Below the pieces are notes generated by a model that saw only the letters and a program-made list of their open reading frames with translations, was not told the DNA's origin and made no database searches. DNA of 63,050 nucleotides, counting the filler, from Reticulomyxa filosa (lineage: Eukaryota; Protista; Foraminifera): assembly GCA_000512085.1 (NCBI GenBank). It is 17 parts of 17 records of this genome, joined end to end, with 100 filler letters (N's around TTAATTAATTAA, not from the genome) between each part and the next. Parts side by side here need not be neighbours in the genome. Positions count along the whole stretch, not along the records: positions 61,001 to 63,050 come from ASPP01025129.1; 16 more parts are not named here. One strand, 5' to 3'. The translations under genes were made by a program, and so were the position numbers. Numbering within the stretch: the first letter of the stretch is position 1; the number at the start of each line of letters is the position of its first letter. Below are positions 62,956 to 63,050 of this stretch, one piece after another.

Positions 62956-63050
62956 TTTCTTTTGTATATAAAATGGCTATTATTATATAATTTGCATCTT
63001 CAAATAGGTAAAAGGCTATCAATTATTAATGGTTTTACAAGGACATGACA

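Overview
This is not a contiguous locus. It is 17 short contigs joined by 16 identical 100-bp artificial spacers (N-run + TTAATTAATTAA + N-run), so adjacency across spacers means nothing. Fifteen contigs come from an AT-rich, intron-rich protist. The terminal kelch-type gene family, poly-Asn tracts and intron style strongly suggest the foraminiferan Reticulomyxa filosa (pattern recognition, not a database result). Many ORFs break at 1-nt homopolymer slips, which look like sequencing errors. Eukaryotic genes include a divergent Piwi/Argonaute, bromodomain, F-box-like, NT-C2, MYSM1-like Myb-JAMM, Gfo/Idh/MocA, ADP/ATP carrier-like, a secreted DOMON-PT-stalk-TSP1 protein, an OPR/HPR-RAP protein, PHD, TM9SF, PrpD, SFT2, ALY/REF, a dsRBD protein, SENP8, 7TM fragments and a kelch protein. 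There are also LINE and Tc1 fossils. Two contigs (6833-8660 and 58844-60900) are bacterial and IS-dense, probably from a Rickettsiales-like endosymbiont. The top observations are: (1) a Piwi/Argonaute with an RGG tail, a Pin1-like WW domain before the N domain, and a degenerate slicer tetrad; (2) an ArgH-fold protein with a rewired active site, bracketed by identical inverted IS4/IS231-like ends; (3) a secreted adhesin-like protein with a tandemly duplicated unrecognised domain.
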